A program made the translations under genes and the position numbers. The notes beneath the pieces are model-generated. The model saw nothing but the letters and a program-made list of their open reading frames with translations. It made no database searches and had not been told where the DNA came from. This document shows, in pieces, positions 50,893 to 60,897 of a DNA stretch of 64,000 nt; position 1 is the stretch's first letter, and each line of letters opens with the position of its first letter. The stretch covers positions 1 through 64,000 of IMG/VR virus record IMGVR_UViG_3300025121_000030. The stretch is one strand, 5' to 3'. The DNA comes from a virus.

Positions 50893-53800
50893 GTGATGGC
50901 AGATATGAAATTAGATAAAGGCAGACTATATTCACGTCTGCCAAACAATACTTATACTTCTTCATTATTAAGGGGGACTATATATACTTTTATTTGGCAT
51001 AAAATTGAAGTGACTTTTTTTACACAAACAAATAAAAAAGTTACAAAAACGATATCGGTATTAAGGCAAACATTTAGAAGGATTTTTGATATTTTTAAAG
51101 GAAAGACTATTAGAAGACTTACTCAAGAAATATCAAATACAAATCAAACCAATAGAATTAACGATATCTTGTCAGACACTTCAATACAAACTCATAAGAA
51201 CAATGTTGGTTTTGTCACATTTTTTGGTAGTAATTATAGAAAAATAATACAATTAATTTTACATACATATCAAACTGTAAAGTCAAATAATAAATTGGTT
51301 GATTTTATAAGTCAAACATACCGTAAAATTCCATATATATTTAAAGGAAAAACGATAAGAAAATTAACGCAACAGATATTTATTACTAGACAAACTAATA
51401 AAATTAATAATAAATTACTTACTATGTTTATGCAAACTAAAAGGAATAATAATATTTTATATAATATTGTAAAAAATACAAGTAGGAAAATTATTTCTTT
51501 ATCATCTAAAATAAGTCAAAATATAAGAATAGTTACAAAAATATTACATAAATATTTTCAAACAAATCGTAGAGTAAACTATATTAATATTTTTATTGGT
51601 AATGGTTATAGAAAGTTAATTAATTTAGTTTTAAGGCATAATCAAACTATAAAAATTAACAATAAACTAATTGATATATTGCAACAAACATATCGTAAAA
51701 TACCTGATATATTTTTTGGAGATACATTTAGAAAATTAACACAAATAGATTCATCTTTGTTTCAAACTAATAAAAATATAAATAAAACGTCTGTAGTTTT
51801 ATCTCAATCTAAACGCAATATTATAGGGCTGATTAGTAATAAGATACAAAATAATAGAAGTATTGTTAAATTGAATTATATTGGTAGTCAAATAAAAAGG
51901 AATATTATAGAATTAAGTGAATCAACAAAGCAGACATATAGAAGAATTAACAACATATTTGTATTTAGCATACAAACAAATAGAAAAATTAATAGTTTGG
52001 TTATTTTTTATGTTCAATCAAACAAAAAAATAAATAAATTAATTAGTTCATTTCATCAATCTGTAAGATATAATATGATCATAGTTTATTGTATTAATCA
52101 AATTAAAAGAGATATAAATAAATTATATTTTATTAATAAGCAGATAAAAAGGAATATTTTAGAGTTTATTGTTAATATTGTTCATACTAAGAGAAATATT
52201 AATAAGATTATCATTATTATGAATCAGTTGAATAGGAATATTGAATTATTTAAAGTATTGTTAAAACAAACTTATAGAATGATAACATTATTATATTTAA
52301 ATAAATATCAAACTATAAAAACCAATAATAAATTAATTAATATATTGAGGCAAACATACAGGAAGATTCCAGATGTGTTTTCAGGAGACACAATAAGAAG
52401 ATTAACAAAACCAAGTTCAGTTTTATTGCAAACAAGTAAAAATATTGAAAAGATTTTTATAATTTCATCTCAGACTAAGCGAAATATTGTAAAATTACTT
52501 AGTAATAAAACACAACACAATAGAGGAATTATTAACAAAATAAGTATTAGCAAACAAACTAAACGTAATATTACTAAATTGATAAGTACGAGCATGGTTA
52601 GTGTATATGGGCAATTAATTCGTAAGGTTAATGAATTGGTTGATTACTTTAGTCATGGTAAGCGTAATATTTTGAATATCGTATGTGTTTATTGGCAGAC
52701 AAAAAGAAATAATGGTGTATTGAGTTATTATACTATCCAAAGCAAGAGAAATATTTATAAATTAGCAAGTTATGTCAGTCAAGTTTGTAGAATTATTTCA
52801 AAAGATATTAATATCATCAATCAATTAAACAGGCATATTAATAAATTAGAAGATTTTATTGGTAATAATTTAAGAAAAATCAATAAAGCATCTTATAATA
52901 TTGGACAAATGAATAGACAAATTATTTCATTTATATCTAATAACATCCAATTAAATAGAAATATAAATAAGATAATCAATATTAGTAAGCAAGTGTTTAG
53001 AAATATTGTTGAATTAATTGTAGTTATTAAGCAAACTAATATGAAAAACGTTATATTTATAGCATTAAATAAACAAACAAGTAGAATATTGAATAAAATT
53101 TCTATTGTTAATAAACAAATTATTAGAAATATTTATGATTTAACATTAATCAGTAAACAAACTAATAGAAAAACTACTTTGTTTACTGATTTAAATAAGC
53201 AAATTAATAGGATAGTTAATAAATTAGTAAGTAGTAAGAATCAAACTAAACGAGATATAAATAAGATTTATGATTATATTGTTCAAGTGAATAGAAATAT
53301 TACAAAATTCTTATCTGAAATTTATATACAACTTGAGAGATTTCTTTTAATTAAAGTTGAATCTATAAAGCAAACTAAGCGAAGTATTACTAGATTAATA
53401 AGTAATTATGAAATTACAAAGGTGCTTATTCAGATTGTTAGAAAAGTTGAACCATTAGTTTCATATATTGGACAGAGTAAGCTAAATATTATTAAAATGA
53501 TTAGTGATATTAGACAACAGAATAGATTAATAAATAAACTAGAAAGTTTTGTTTATCAAAGCAAAAGAGCAAGAATTTTGTTAACTGAAACAAAGAAGCA
53601 GAGTTTAAGAAATATTTTATTATTGGTATATTCTATTAATCAAAGTTGGAGAAACGTTTTAAAAATTACAGTAAAGTTATATCAGAAGAAGCGCAATATT
53701 ATTAAACTAGTTAAATACAACTTACAAAGTAATAGAGATATTATTAAACTAAAGTTTAAAGTATGGCAAACAAACAGAGATATTATTAAATTGTTTGGGC

Positions 53801-54747
53801 GTGTAAAACAAAGCATTAGAGATATTATAAAAATATCTTCTATTAAAGGACAACAAAAAAGAAATGTAATTAGATTTGAGGAGTATTTAAAACAGATCGA
53901 AAGGAATGTAATAAAATTAACTGTTTTTATAAAACAGAATTATCGTAAAATATTCAAATTAGAATTTATTACAAAAGGAAGCAAACGAGACATAATTAAG
54001 TTGGTTAAATATAATGGTCAGTCAAATAGAGATGTTAGGAAAATTGTGTCAGATTATTATACTCAAATCAAACGTAATATTATTGAATTGATAAGTTTTA
54101 AAAATCAGACTAATAGAAAAATTAATAAGATTTCGAGTTACATTACACAAACCAAGAGAAATATAAACGAATTTATTATTTCTACAATTCAAACAAATAG
54201 AGATATTATAAAAATTTTATTAATTTCTGTTCATTTTAAAAGAAATATTTTAAAAATTATTTATATTAGTAAGCAAATAAAGAGGAATATTATTGTATTA
54301 ATTAGTGCTGATGCGATTGTTGAAGCATTTATTCAATTGATTAGGAAAATTAATAAGATAGTATTTAATGTAGTACAAAGTAAACGAAATATTATTAAAT
54401 TATATGATATTAATAAACAAACGAAAACTAATATAAATAAACTACAAAGTTTTATTAAACAACAAAGAAGAAATATTGTTTTATTGGTAATAAGAGAATA
54501 TCAAACTAATAGAAATATTTTATTATTGGTAGAGATTTTAAAACAAAGCAAGAGAAATATATTAAAACTAATTTCACCAATTCGTCAATTAATCAGAAAG
54601 CTTATAACTATATGGGATGTATTTGATTTTGATTTGTTTGATGTGGTAGAGTTGGAGTTAGATTTTTATGTTGAAGAATTAAAGTTGGATTTATGTATGT
54701 ATGAAATTCCTCTTGATATTGAAGTTGAGGAGGTTAAAAGGTTATGA
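50893..54747 (+). CDS. 1284-aa basic protein of ~14-aa tandem repeats with an acidic C-terminal tip
   Basis: Q-[TS]-x-R-[NK]-I repeated about every 14 aa over ~1200 aa. Confidence 0.8.
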   Translation: MMADMKLDKGRLYSRLPNNTYTSSLLRGTIYTFIWHKIEVTFFTQTNKKVTKTISVLRQTFRRIFDIFKGKTIRRLTQEISNTNQTNRINDILSDTSIQTHKNNVGFVTFFGSNYRKIIQLILHTYQTVKSNNKLVDFISQTYRKIPYIFKGKTIRKLTQQIFITRQTNKINNKLLTMFMQTKRNNNILYNIVKNTSRKIISLSSKISQNIRIVTKILHKYFQTNRRVNYINIFIGNGYRKLINLVLRHNQTIKINNKLIDILQQTYRKIPDIFFGDTFRKLTQIDSSLFQTNKNINKTSVVLSQSKRNIIGLISNKIQNNRSIVKLNYIGSQIKRNIIELSESTKQTYRRINNIFVFSIQTNRKINSLVIFYVQSNKKINKLISSFHQSVRYNMIIVYCINQIKRDINKLYFINKQIKRNILEFIVNIVHTKRNINKIIIIMNQLNRNIELFKVLLKQTYRMITLLYLNKYQTIKTNNKLINILRQTYRKIPDVFSGDTIRRLTKPSSVLLQTSKNIEKIFIISSQTKRNIVKLLSNKTQHNRGIINKISISKQTKRNITKLISTSMVSVYGQLIRKVNELVDYFSHGKRNILNIVCVYWQTKRNNGVLSYYTIQSKRNIYKLASYVSQVCRIISKDINIINQLNRHINKLEDFIGNNLRKINKASYNIGQMNRQIISFISNNIQLNRNINKIINISKQVFRNIVELIVVIKQTNMKNVIFIALNKQTSRILNKISIVNKQIIRNIYDLTLISKQTNRKTTLFTDLNKQINRIVNKLVSSKNQTKRDINKIYDYIVQVNRNITKFLSEIYIQLERFLLIKVESIKQTKRSITRLISNYEITKVLIQIVRKVEPLVSYIGQSKLNIIKMISDIRQQNRLINKLESFVYQSKRARILLTETKKQSLRNILLLVYSINQSWRNVLKITVKLYQKKRNIIKLVKYNLQSNRDIIKLKFKVWQTNRDIIKLFGRVKQSIRDIIKISSIKGQQKRNVIRFEEYLKQIERNVIKLTVFIKQNYRKIFKLEFITKGSKRDIIKLVKYNGQSNRDVRKIVSDYYTQIKRNIIELISFKNQTNRKINKISSYITQTKRNINEFIISTIQTNRDIIKILLISVHFKRNILKIIYISKQIKRNIIVLISADAIVEAFIQLIRKINKIVFNVVQSKRNIIKLYDINKQTKTNINKLQSFIKQQRRNIVLLVIREYQTNRNILLLVEILKQSKRNILKLISPIRQLIRKLITIWDVFDFDLFDVVELELDFYVEELKLDLCMYEIPLDIEVEEVKRL

Positions 54748-55034
54748 TAGAGTTATATAAGGGAGAGAAGCGTTTATGTGGAATGTCTGTCAAAAGTAGA
54801 AGTGGTAAAAGTTTTTTAATAGAGAGTGTTTCATGCAAGGTGGTTGACAATGTAGGAACTACTATTCAAGAAGATGAAGAAGGAACAGTTGAAGATCATT
54901 CAGTTTTTTGCTTGGTTGATACTACATTGGATGGGTATGTTTATAGTAAAGGATATATATTGCAATTTAGTATCGTTCTGAAAGATGTGCCTAAAATAAT
55001 TATGGGGAAGTTAAGTATTAAAATAAAGAAATAG
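54744..55034 (+). CDS. small beta-sandwich-like protein
   Basis: GAGGAGG RBS; overlaps the upstream stop. Confidence 0.65.
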   Translation: MIELYKGEKRLCGMSVKSRSGKSFLIESVSCKVVDNVGTTIQEDEEGTVEDHSVFCLVDTTLDGYVYSKGYILQFSIVLKDVPKIIMGKLSIKIKK

Positions 55035-55061
55035 TTTAATTATGAGAGGAGTGATATAAAT

Positions 55062-56174
55062 TTGGCTTCAATTAAAATATATAAAAATCCAACAGGAGAT
55101 ATTGATGGCGATTTAGTCAGTACGGAAGACTGGACATCGCCAGTAGATTCTGGATTTCTCCTTATCCCAGAAACAGGATCAGAAAGCGTAATTGGAGAAT
55201 GGAAAAAATGTGCTTTAAGGTGTAATGAAGGTCTCCAGACGATAAATGACCTAAACAGAAATTGCAGACTGACGTTAGAAGGATTAAAATCCACATGCTG
55301 GCAACTTGCGAGTGATATCAATGGTTTTCCAAATTCTACCCCTTCTGATTGGGGTCAACCATTAGATATAGTGTCTGATAAAATTTATGATAAAAATTAC
55401 ATTTTTTGGGTAAGAGCCTGTACTGATGTGGGTGATATCGTAGAGAACGACAAAACTACTAAACTTGTGGCTCAAGCTCTTGTAGGATTACCGTGGACTT
55501 TAGACATAGATGATATGATTTCCGAACCTGATGTAAATGTAGTTTTTTCAAACATAGTAACAATTCCAGAAGACTGTATTATATATGCGTTAAATGTAGA
55601 TGCTACCAATCCGGCTTATATTCTTAAATACATTATAAATGGTGAAGAGTTAACAATAGGTCATATGGGAGATCCTACTTTCGAATGGATTCATCAAGCA
55701 TTAAGTGTTTCTAAAGATTCAACTTTTCAAATATATTTAGGTGGAGTTTTTGGGAATGAAATAGGTGGGGATTTAAAACTATTTTTAAATAATGAGAATG
55801 GAAAAGAACTATCTTATTTTCATTGGTATGTTTATGCTTGTTATCTTACTACAGCATGTGTTAAATATAAAGGATTAGAGGATGATTGTTCTGAGTTGAC
55901 TGCAATGAGGTTATTAAGAGAGCATTATATTAATGATCCTGAATATAGAGAATTAATTAGAGAATATTATCAATTGGCTTCTCAAATTGTTAAAGCTATA
56001 GACCAAGAAGATGATCCTAGTTTGGTTTATGAACAAATTTATCAGAGTGTTAAGATTTGTGAAAATGCAGTTAATAGTGGAGATTGGCAAACTGCTAGAG
56101 ATGAATATTTGAGTATGTATTATGAGTTGGCAGAGACTTATATAGAGGATTATATTAGGTTGATGGTTTTGTAG
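55062..56174 (+). CDS. domain A + domain B + CFI-box-CTERM-like protein
   Basis: IYKNPT..DG.LVS, ALRC, WQLA.D, IFWVRA; CYLTTACV..GL.DDC.EL..MR.LR. Confidence 0.75.
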   Translation: MASIKIYKNPTGDIDGDLVSTEDWTSPVDSGFLLIPETGSESVIGEWKKCALRCNEGLQTINDLNRNCRLTLEGLKSTCWQLASDINGFPNSTPSDWGQPLDIVSDKIYDKNYIFWVRACTDVGDIVENDKTTKLVAQALVGLPWTLDIDDMISEPDVNVVFSNIVTIPEDCIIYALNVDATNPAYILKYIINGEELTIGHMGDPTFEWIHQALSVSKDSTFQIYLGGVFGNEIGGDLKLFLNNENGKELSYFHWYVYACYLTTACVKYKGLEDDCSELTAMRLLREHYINDPEYRELIREYYQLASQIVKAIDQEDDPSLVYEQIYQSVKICENAVNSGDWQTARDEYLSMYYELAETYIEDYIRLMVL

Positions 56175-56203
56175 TAAGTTTAATTAAATATAAAGTTTAT
56201 TTT

Positions 56204-56311
56204 TAGAAGGGTAAGTTCGGGAGTTATAAACCTGAATGAATCGCAAAACTCCGATTGCGATACCCCTTCTATTTTTATTTGTCTATTTATCGGAGAAAAT
56301 TAAGACGGAGG
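56204..56311 (+). ncRNA. structured 5' leader, copy C
   Basis: P1 tagaaggg/cccttcta, P2 gttcggg/cctgaat, P3 atcgcaa/ttgcgat; loop ctccga pairs with tcggag at 56290. Confidence 0.7.
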
Positions 56312-56319
56312 TTGATTAA

Positions 56320-57510
56320 GTGAGTGATGAATTAAAGGGTAAAAGTGGTATTTATAAGATTGTAAATTTGGTTAATGGAAAGTTATATGTTGGGAGTACA
56401 GTTAATTTATATAATAGAAAATCTCAGCATTTTAGTAGTCTTATGACAAATTGTCATAAAAATCCGTATTTACAAAATGCATTTAATAAATATGGAATTA
56501 ATACTTTTAAATTTGAAGTATTAGAATATGTAGAAGATGTTGATAAGTTAATAGAACGAGAACAATATTATTTAGATATTTATTTTGATAATAAAAATAA
56601 GTGTTATAATGTTTTACCAACGGCAGGTTCCCCATTGGGTGTAAAACATTCTGATGAAACGAAATTAAAGTTAGCAATTACTGGAGGAGCAAAACCTTTT
56701 TATGTTTTTAAAGACAGAGAGTTTATAGGAGAATGGATAAATTCATCAGAATGCAGTAGAAATTTAGATATAAATTATTCTGGTTATATTCGTAAGTGTT
56801 TAAAAGGTAAACAAAATATGTTTAATGGTTATATTTTTATTTATAAGGATGAATATAACGAAGATAAATTAAAAGAAATTTATGAAATGGTTGAGTCAAA
56901 ACCGTTTTTAGTTTTTGAAAAATATACAGAAAATTTTATTGGAGAATATGACACAATAAATAAATGCATGATAGATTTAAATATAAATATAAAAAGCGAT
57001 GGTGATATTAGGAAATATTTAAAAGATAAAACTTATTCTGTGAATAATTATATTTTTATATATAAACATGAATATGCAGAAGATAAAGTAAAAGAATTAT
57101 GTAATATAAACTTAAATGCCAAGCCATTTTATGTTTATAAAAAAGATGATAAAAAATTTGTTGGTAAGTTTAGTTTGCAACAAGAATGCGCAAAAGAATT
57201 AAATATAGACGCATCTAATATTAGTGGTTGTTTAAGAAAAAAACATTATTTTGCAAAAGGATATGTTTTTATTTATGAAGAAGATTATTCTGAAGAAAAA
57301 TTAAATGAATTATGTAATAAAACTCAAAGTTTAAAATTTTTGAAATATGAATTTGAGGTACATGAAAAAAATACAAACAAATTTATAGGTATTTATGATA
57401 GCCAAGTAGATTGCGCTAATGAATTAGGATTAAACCATAAAAGTATTAGTAATTGCCTTTGTGGAAAACAAATATCAACTGGTGGTTATATTTTTGAAAA
57501 AGTTTCTTAA
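56320..57510 (+). CDS. GIY-YIG homing endonuclease with NUMOD3/NUMOD1-like repeats
   Basis: SGIYKIVNLVNGKLYVGS, REQYYLD, YN..PTAGS.LG.KHS.ETK; four KPF.V...GYIF repeats. Confidence 0.9.
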   Translation: MSDELKGKSGIYKIVNLVNGKLYVGSTVNLYNRKSQHFSSLMTNCHKNPYLQNAFNKYGINTFKFEVLEYVEDVDKLIEREQYYLDIYFDNKNKCYNVLPTAGSPLGVKHSDETKLKLAITGGAKPFYVFKDREFIGEWINSSECSRNLDINYSGYIRKCLKGKQNMFNGYIFIYKDEYNEDKLKEIYEMVESKPFLVFEKYTENFIGEYDTINKCMIDLNINIKSDGDIRKYLKDKTYSVNNYIFIYKHEYAEDKVKELCNINLNAKPFYVYKKDDKKFVGKFSLQQECAKELNIDASNISGCLRKKHYFAKGYVFIYEEDYSEEKLNELCNKTQSLKFLKYEFEVHEKNTNKFIGIYDSQVDCANELGLNHKSISNCLCGKQISTGGYIFEKVS

Positions 57511-57549
57511 TTAAGATATAAAAATAAATTTGAGAGGAGTGAAATAAAT

Positions 57550-58311
57550 TTGGCTTATCATATAGCAATTTATCGTGACAATCCTACCGTAAACTTAACT
57601 GATGGAACAATAGTTTCAGAGAATGATTTTTCTAACCCGGTTGATTCAAATCACATATCTATTCCAGCAACAGGGAGTACAAATGGTAACTGGGTGAAAC
57701 TTGCTGTACGTTGCGATGAAGGAACAGAAACTATTTTTGACTTAAATCGTCACGCTAGGATCAGTTTAGATGGTTCTGGCAATACAAATTGGCAACTAGC
57801 TGAAGATAATAGTGGTTCTCCATCAAGTACACCACTAGATTGGGGATTACCTTTAGACATAACAGAAATTATAACTGATACTAACTATATATTCTGGACT
57901 CGTGCAAAAGCAAATTCCACTGAAAGCGTTTCTAATGACACTTCAATTGAAATAATTGCACAGGCTTTAGTAGGTAATCAGCCTTGGACTTGGAACATAT
58001 CTGACATGAGTGTAGTAGAAGGGATAGGAGAAGCAACTGAGTCTATTATAATACCAGAAGATTGTACTTTATATTATACTGTAACAGGGGATATGCCAAC
58101 TTTTGCAGTTTATACTGTTGGTGGAGATGCATTAAATGGTTGGATAATATGGATTTCTAATTACGATGTTAGAACATTTAGTTTTATTAAAGATCAAGTG
58201 GTTGCTGTATCAATATTATATTCTAATTCTGGAACTACTGGTACTCATATAATAAGAGAAAACGATGAGAATGGAAGAATAATTGCACAGTTTAATGTAA
58301 CATGTACATAA
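57550..58311 (+). CDS. domain A + domain B protein
   Basis: paralog of 55062 lacking the C-terminal domain. Confidence 0.75.
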   Translation: MAYHIAIYRDNPTVNLTDGTIVSENDFSNPVDSNHISIPATGSTNGNWVKLAVRCDEGTETIFDLNRHARISLDGSGNTNWQLAEDNSGSPSSTPLDWGLPLDITEIITDTNYIFWTRAKANSTESVSNDTSIEIIAQALVGNQPWTWNISDMSVVEGIGEATESIIIPEDCTLYYTVTGDMPTFAVYTVGGDALNGWIIWISNYDVRTFSFIKDQVVAVSILYSNSGTTGTHIIRENDENGRIIAQFNVTCT

Positions 58312-58345
58312 AAAATATTGAAAACAGAATATAAAAGTTTATTTT

Positions 58346-58462
58346 TAGAAGGGTAAGTTTGAGATTAGCTGTCTTAGACGATGCACAAAACTCCAATTGT
58401 GTCCCTTCTATTTTTATTTGTGTAAAAATATGTGAGTTTTGGAGAAATCAAATTTATGGAGG
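58346..58462 (+). ncRNA. structured 5' leader, copy D
   Basis: P1 tagaaggg/cccttcta, P2 gtttgaga/tcttagac, P3 gcacaa/ttgtgt; loop ctccaa pairs with ttggag at 58439. Confidence 0.7.
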
Positions 58463-58475
58463 TTGATTGTATTAA

Positions 58476-59609
58476 ATGAGTGATGAAGTAATGTTTGGTA
58501 GTATTTATAAGATAACTAATAAAATAAATAATAAGGTTTATATTGGGCAAACTGTACAGCCATTAAATTATAGATGGACAGGACATTGTTCTAATGCAAA
58601 TATGGGAATAGATACTCATTTTTGTCGTGCAATACGCAAATATGGTAAAGATAATTTTATAATTGAAGAAATTGAAAAAGTTTCTATCGACCAATTAGAT
58701 GATGTAGAAATAAAATGGATTGCTTATTATGATAGTTATAATAATGGTTATAACAGTACATTAGGTGGTGGAGGCAATAAGGGTTGTGACTTAGATGAAT
58801 CTGAAGTTATTGATCATTATTTAAAATGTAAAAATGCGTATATAACAGCGGAGTTTTTTGGATGTAGCATAAGTCCAATATATAGTATATTACGTAAAAA
58901 TGGTATTAAAAATAAAGATTTAGACCATGATGAAGTGATTAAATATTATTTAGATTGTAGGTCAACTTTTAAAACAGCAGAGTTTTTTGGTGTTAATGAT
59001 GAAACAATTCGTAAAATTCTTGTTAAAAATGATATAAAAAGAGATGGTCATACTAGATATGATTTAGATGAAGAAGAGATAATAAATTATTATTTGGAAT
59101 GTAAATCAATAGAAGATACTGTAAAACATTTTGGGCACTATCATGAAGCTATAAGTAAAATTCTTAATAATAATAATATTGAAAGACTTAGAAAAACACG
59201 ATCACGTTTCATATGGGATGAAAATGGAAATAAAAAATATCTAAATGAAGAAGAAGTGATTAATTATTATCTTGATTGTAGATTAATATATAAAACTGCT
59301 GAATATTTTAAATGTTGTTTAAAAGCTGTAAGTGATATTCTCAACAATAATAATGTAGACAGATCAGAAGATTCTATATCAGTATATGCCATAGATAAAA
59401 ATGGTAATAGATATGATTTTGATGATATTAAAGATGCTGTTGATTATTTAATTAAAAATGGTAATTCAAAGATTATTAGTAGACCAAAAGAGAATGCATA
59501 TAAACAAGCAATTAATAAAACCGCAAGAGGAGAAAAGAAAACTGCATATGGTTTAAAGTGGTATTACAAAGAAAATAATGAAGATACTTTATTAGAAAAT
59601 GTAATTTGA
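58476..59609 (+). CDS. GIY-YIG homing endonuclease with four HTH repeats
   Basis: SIYKITNKINNKVYIGQT, GYNSTLGG; LD..EVI.YYL.C...TAEFFG repeats; KTAYGLKW. Confidence 0.9.
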   Translation: MSDEVMFGSIYKITNKINNKVYIGQTVQPLNYRWTGHCSNANMGIDTHFCRAIRKYGKDNFIIEEIEKVSIDQLDDVEIKWIAYYDSYNNGYNSTLGGGGNKGCDLDESEVIDHYLKCKNAYITAEFFGCSISPIYSILRKNGIKNKDLDHDEVIKYYLDCRSTFKTAEFFGVNDETIRKILVKNDIKRDGHTRYDLDEEEIINYYLECKSIEDTVKHFGHYHEAISKILNNNNIERLRKTRSRFIWDENGNKKYLNEEEVINYYLDCRLIYKTAEYFKCCLKAVSDILNNNNVDRSEDSISVYAIDKNGNRYDFDDIKDAVDYLIKNGNSKIISRPKENAYKQAINKTARGEKKTAYGLKWYYKENNEDTLLENVI

Positions 59610-59651
59610 TTACATATTAAAAAATATATTAAGAAAGGAATGATTTAAATT

Positions 59652-60089
59652 ATGGCTTTAATTAATATTTATAAAGGCACAGATATTACTTCTGGAGGCA
59701 CTGAGGGAACTCTTGTGTCTAGCGGGGATAATAGCAATTCAATAGAAACTGGATATATTAAGATTCCAGCATCTGGTTTTACTGAATCAGAATGGGTAAA
59801 AATTGGGATTCGTTGCACAACAGGACATAAGACAATTCTTGAAAACTCTAGACACGCTAGAGTATCTATAACCGATTCAGGAGATGTAACTCGTTGGCAG
59901 TTAGCTTTAGATGATTCGGGAAGTCCTTCAGGTTCACCATCTGCATATGGAAGTCCTTTAGATTTTACTAGTGAGATAGGGAGTACAAATGTAATTTTCT
60001 GGATAAGAGCTAAGGCTGAATCAAGTGAGGTTCCAGTTAACTCAACGCAAGTCAAGGTAACTTTATCAGCGACCATAGGTGCTGTGTAA
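59652..60089 (+). CDS. domain-A-only protein
   Basis: paralog of the N-termini of 55062 and 57550. Confidence 0.75.
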   Translation: MALINIYKGTDITSGGTEGTLVSSGDNSNSIETGYIKIPASGFTESEWVKIGIRCTTGHKTILENSRHARVSITDSGDVTRWQLALDDSGSPSGSPSAYGSPLDFTSEIGSTNVIFWIRAKAESSEVPVNSTQVKVTLSATIGAV

Positions 60090-60101
60090 GGAGTTGATTA
60101 A

Positions 60102-60881
60102 ATGTCAATCATCACAACTTTAACTCCAACTAACATAGCAAAAACATCTATAACTTTTCATGGTAATGCAGTAATTTGGACATTGCCATTTGATGGAACT
60201 AATCAACCAGGTGTTGAAATAGACGAAGTAATTACTAACACATTAACAATTCCTGCAAATTGTGTATTATATATGGAATGCACTGGTAATTCTGGCTTTA
60301 TTAATTGGTCTAAAAACAATGAAGATACTTGGGCATGGGGACCGTATCAAGAAGATCCAGAAGATCCAGAGAGTCCTGTCATATGGATATGGTATAATCA
60401 AACACTTTCTTTTAATGAAAATGATACACTAGCTATAAAAATAAATAATTTCCTTGGCGGCCCGATGGATGGCGATATCACCATTAAATTAAATACTGTA
60501 TCTGGTCGCACATTATCTCAATTTCATTATGCCGCAGAAGGTTCTTGTTACCTTACAACATCTTGTGTTGGATATAAAGGATTACCTGATAATTGCTCTG
60601 AATTAACAGCAATGCGTTTATTGAGAGAACATTATATTAATGAACCAGAATATATCGCATTAATTTCAGAGTATAATCAATTATCAAGACAGATTATAAA
60701 TATGGTAAATCAAGAAATAAATCCAGATATAATTTACGAACAAATATATCAAAGTGTGAAAATTTGTGAAACAGCAATAAATAATGAAGATTGGCAGACT
60801 GCTCGTAACGAATATTTGGGCATGTATTATCAATTAGCAGAAACTTATATTCCTAATTATCAAAGATTAATGCCTTTATGA
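60102..60881 (+). CDS. FN3-like N-terminal strands + domain B + CFI-box-CTERM-like domain
   Basis: ITTLTPTNIAKTSITFHG; TIPANC; CYLTTSCV..GLPDNC.EL, closely similar to the 55062 C-terminus. Confidence 0.75.
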   Translation: MSIITTLTPTNIAKTSITFHGNAVIWTLPFDGTNQPGVEIDEVITNTLTIPANCVLYMECTGNSGFINWSKNNEDTWAWGPYQEDPEDPESPVIWIWYNQTLSFNENDTLAIKINNFLGGPMDGDITIKLNTVSGRTLSQFHYAAEGSCYLTTSCVGYKGLPDNCSELTAMRLLREHYINEPEYIALISEYNQLSRQIINMVNQEINPDIIYEQIYQSVKICETAINNEDWQTARNEYLGMYYQLAETYIPNYQRLMPL

Positions 60882-60897
60882 AAGGCTGGTGAAATAA

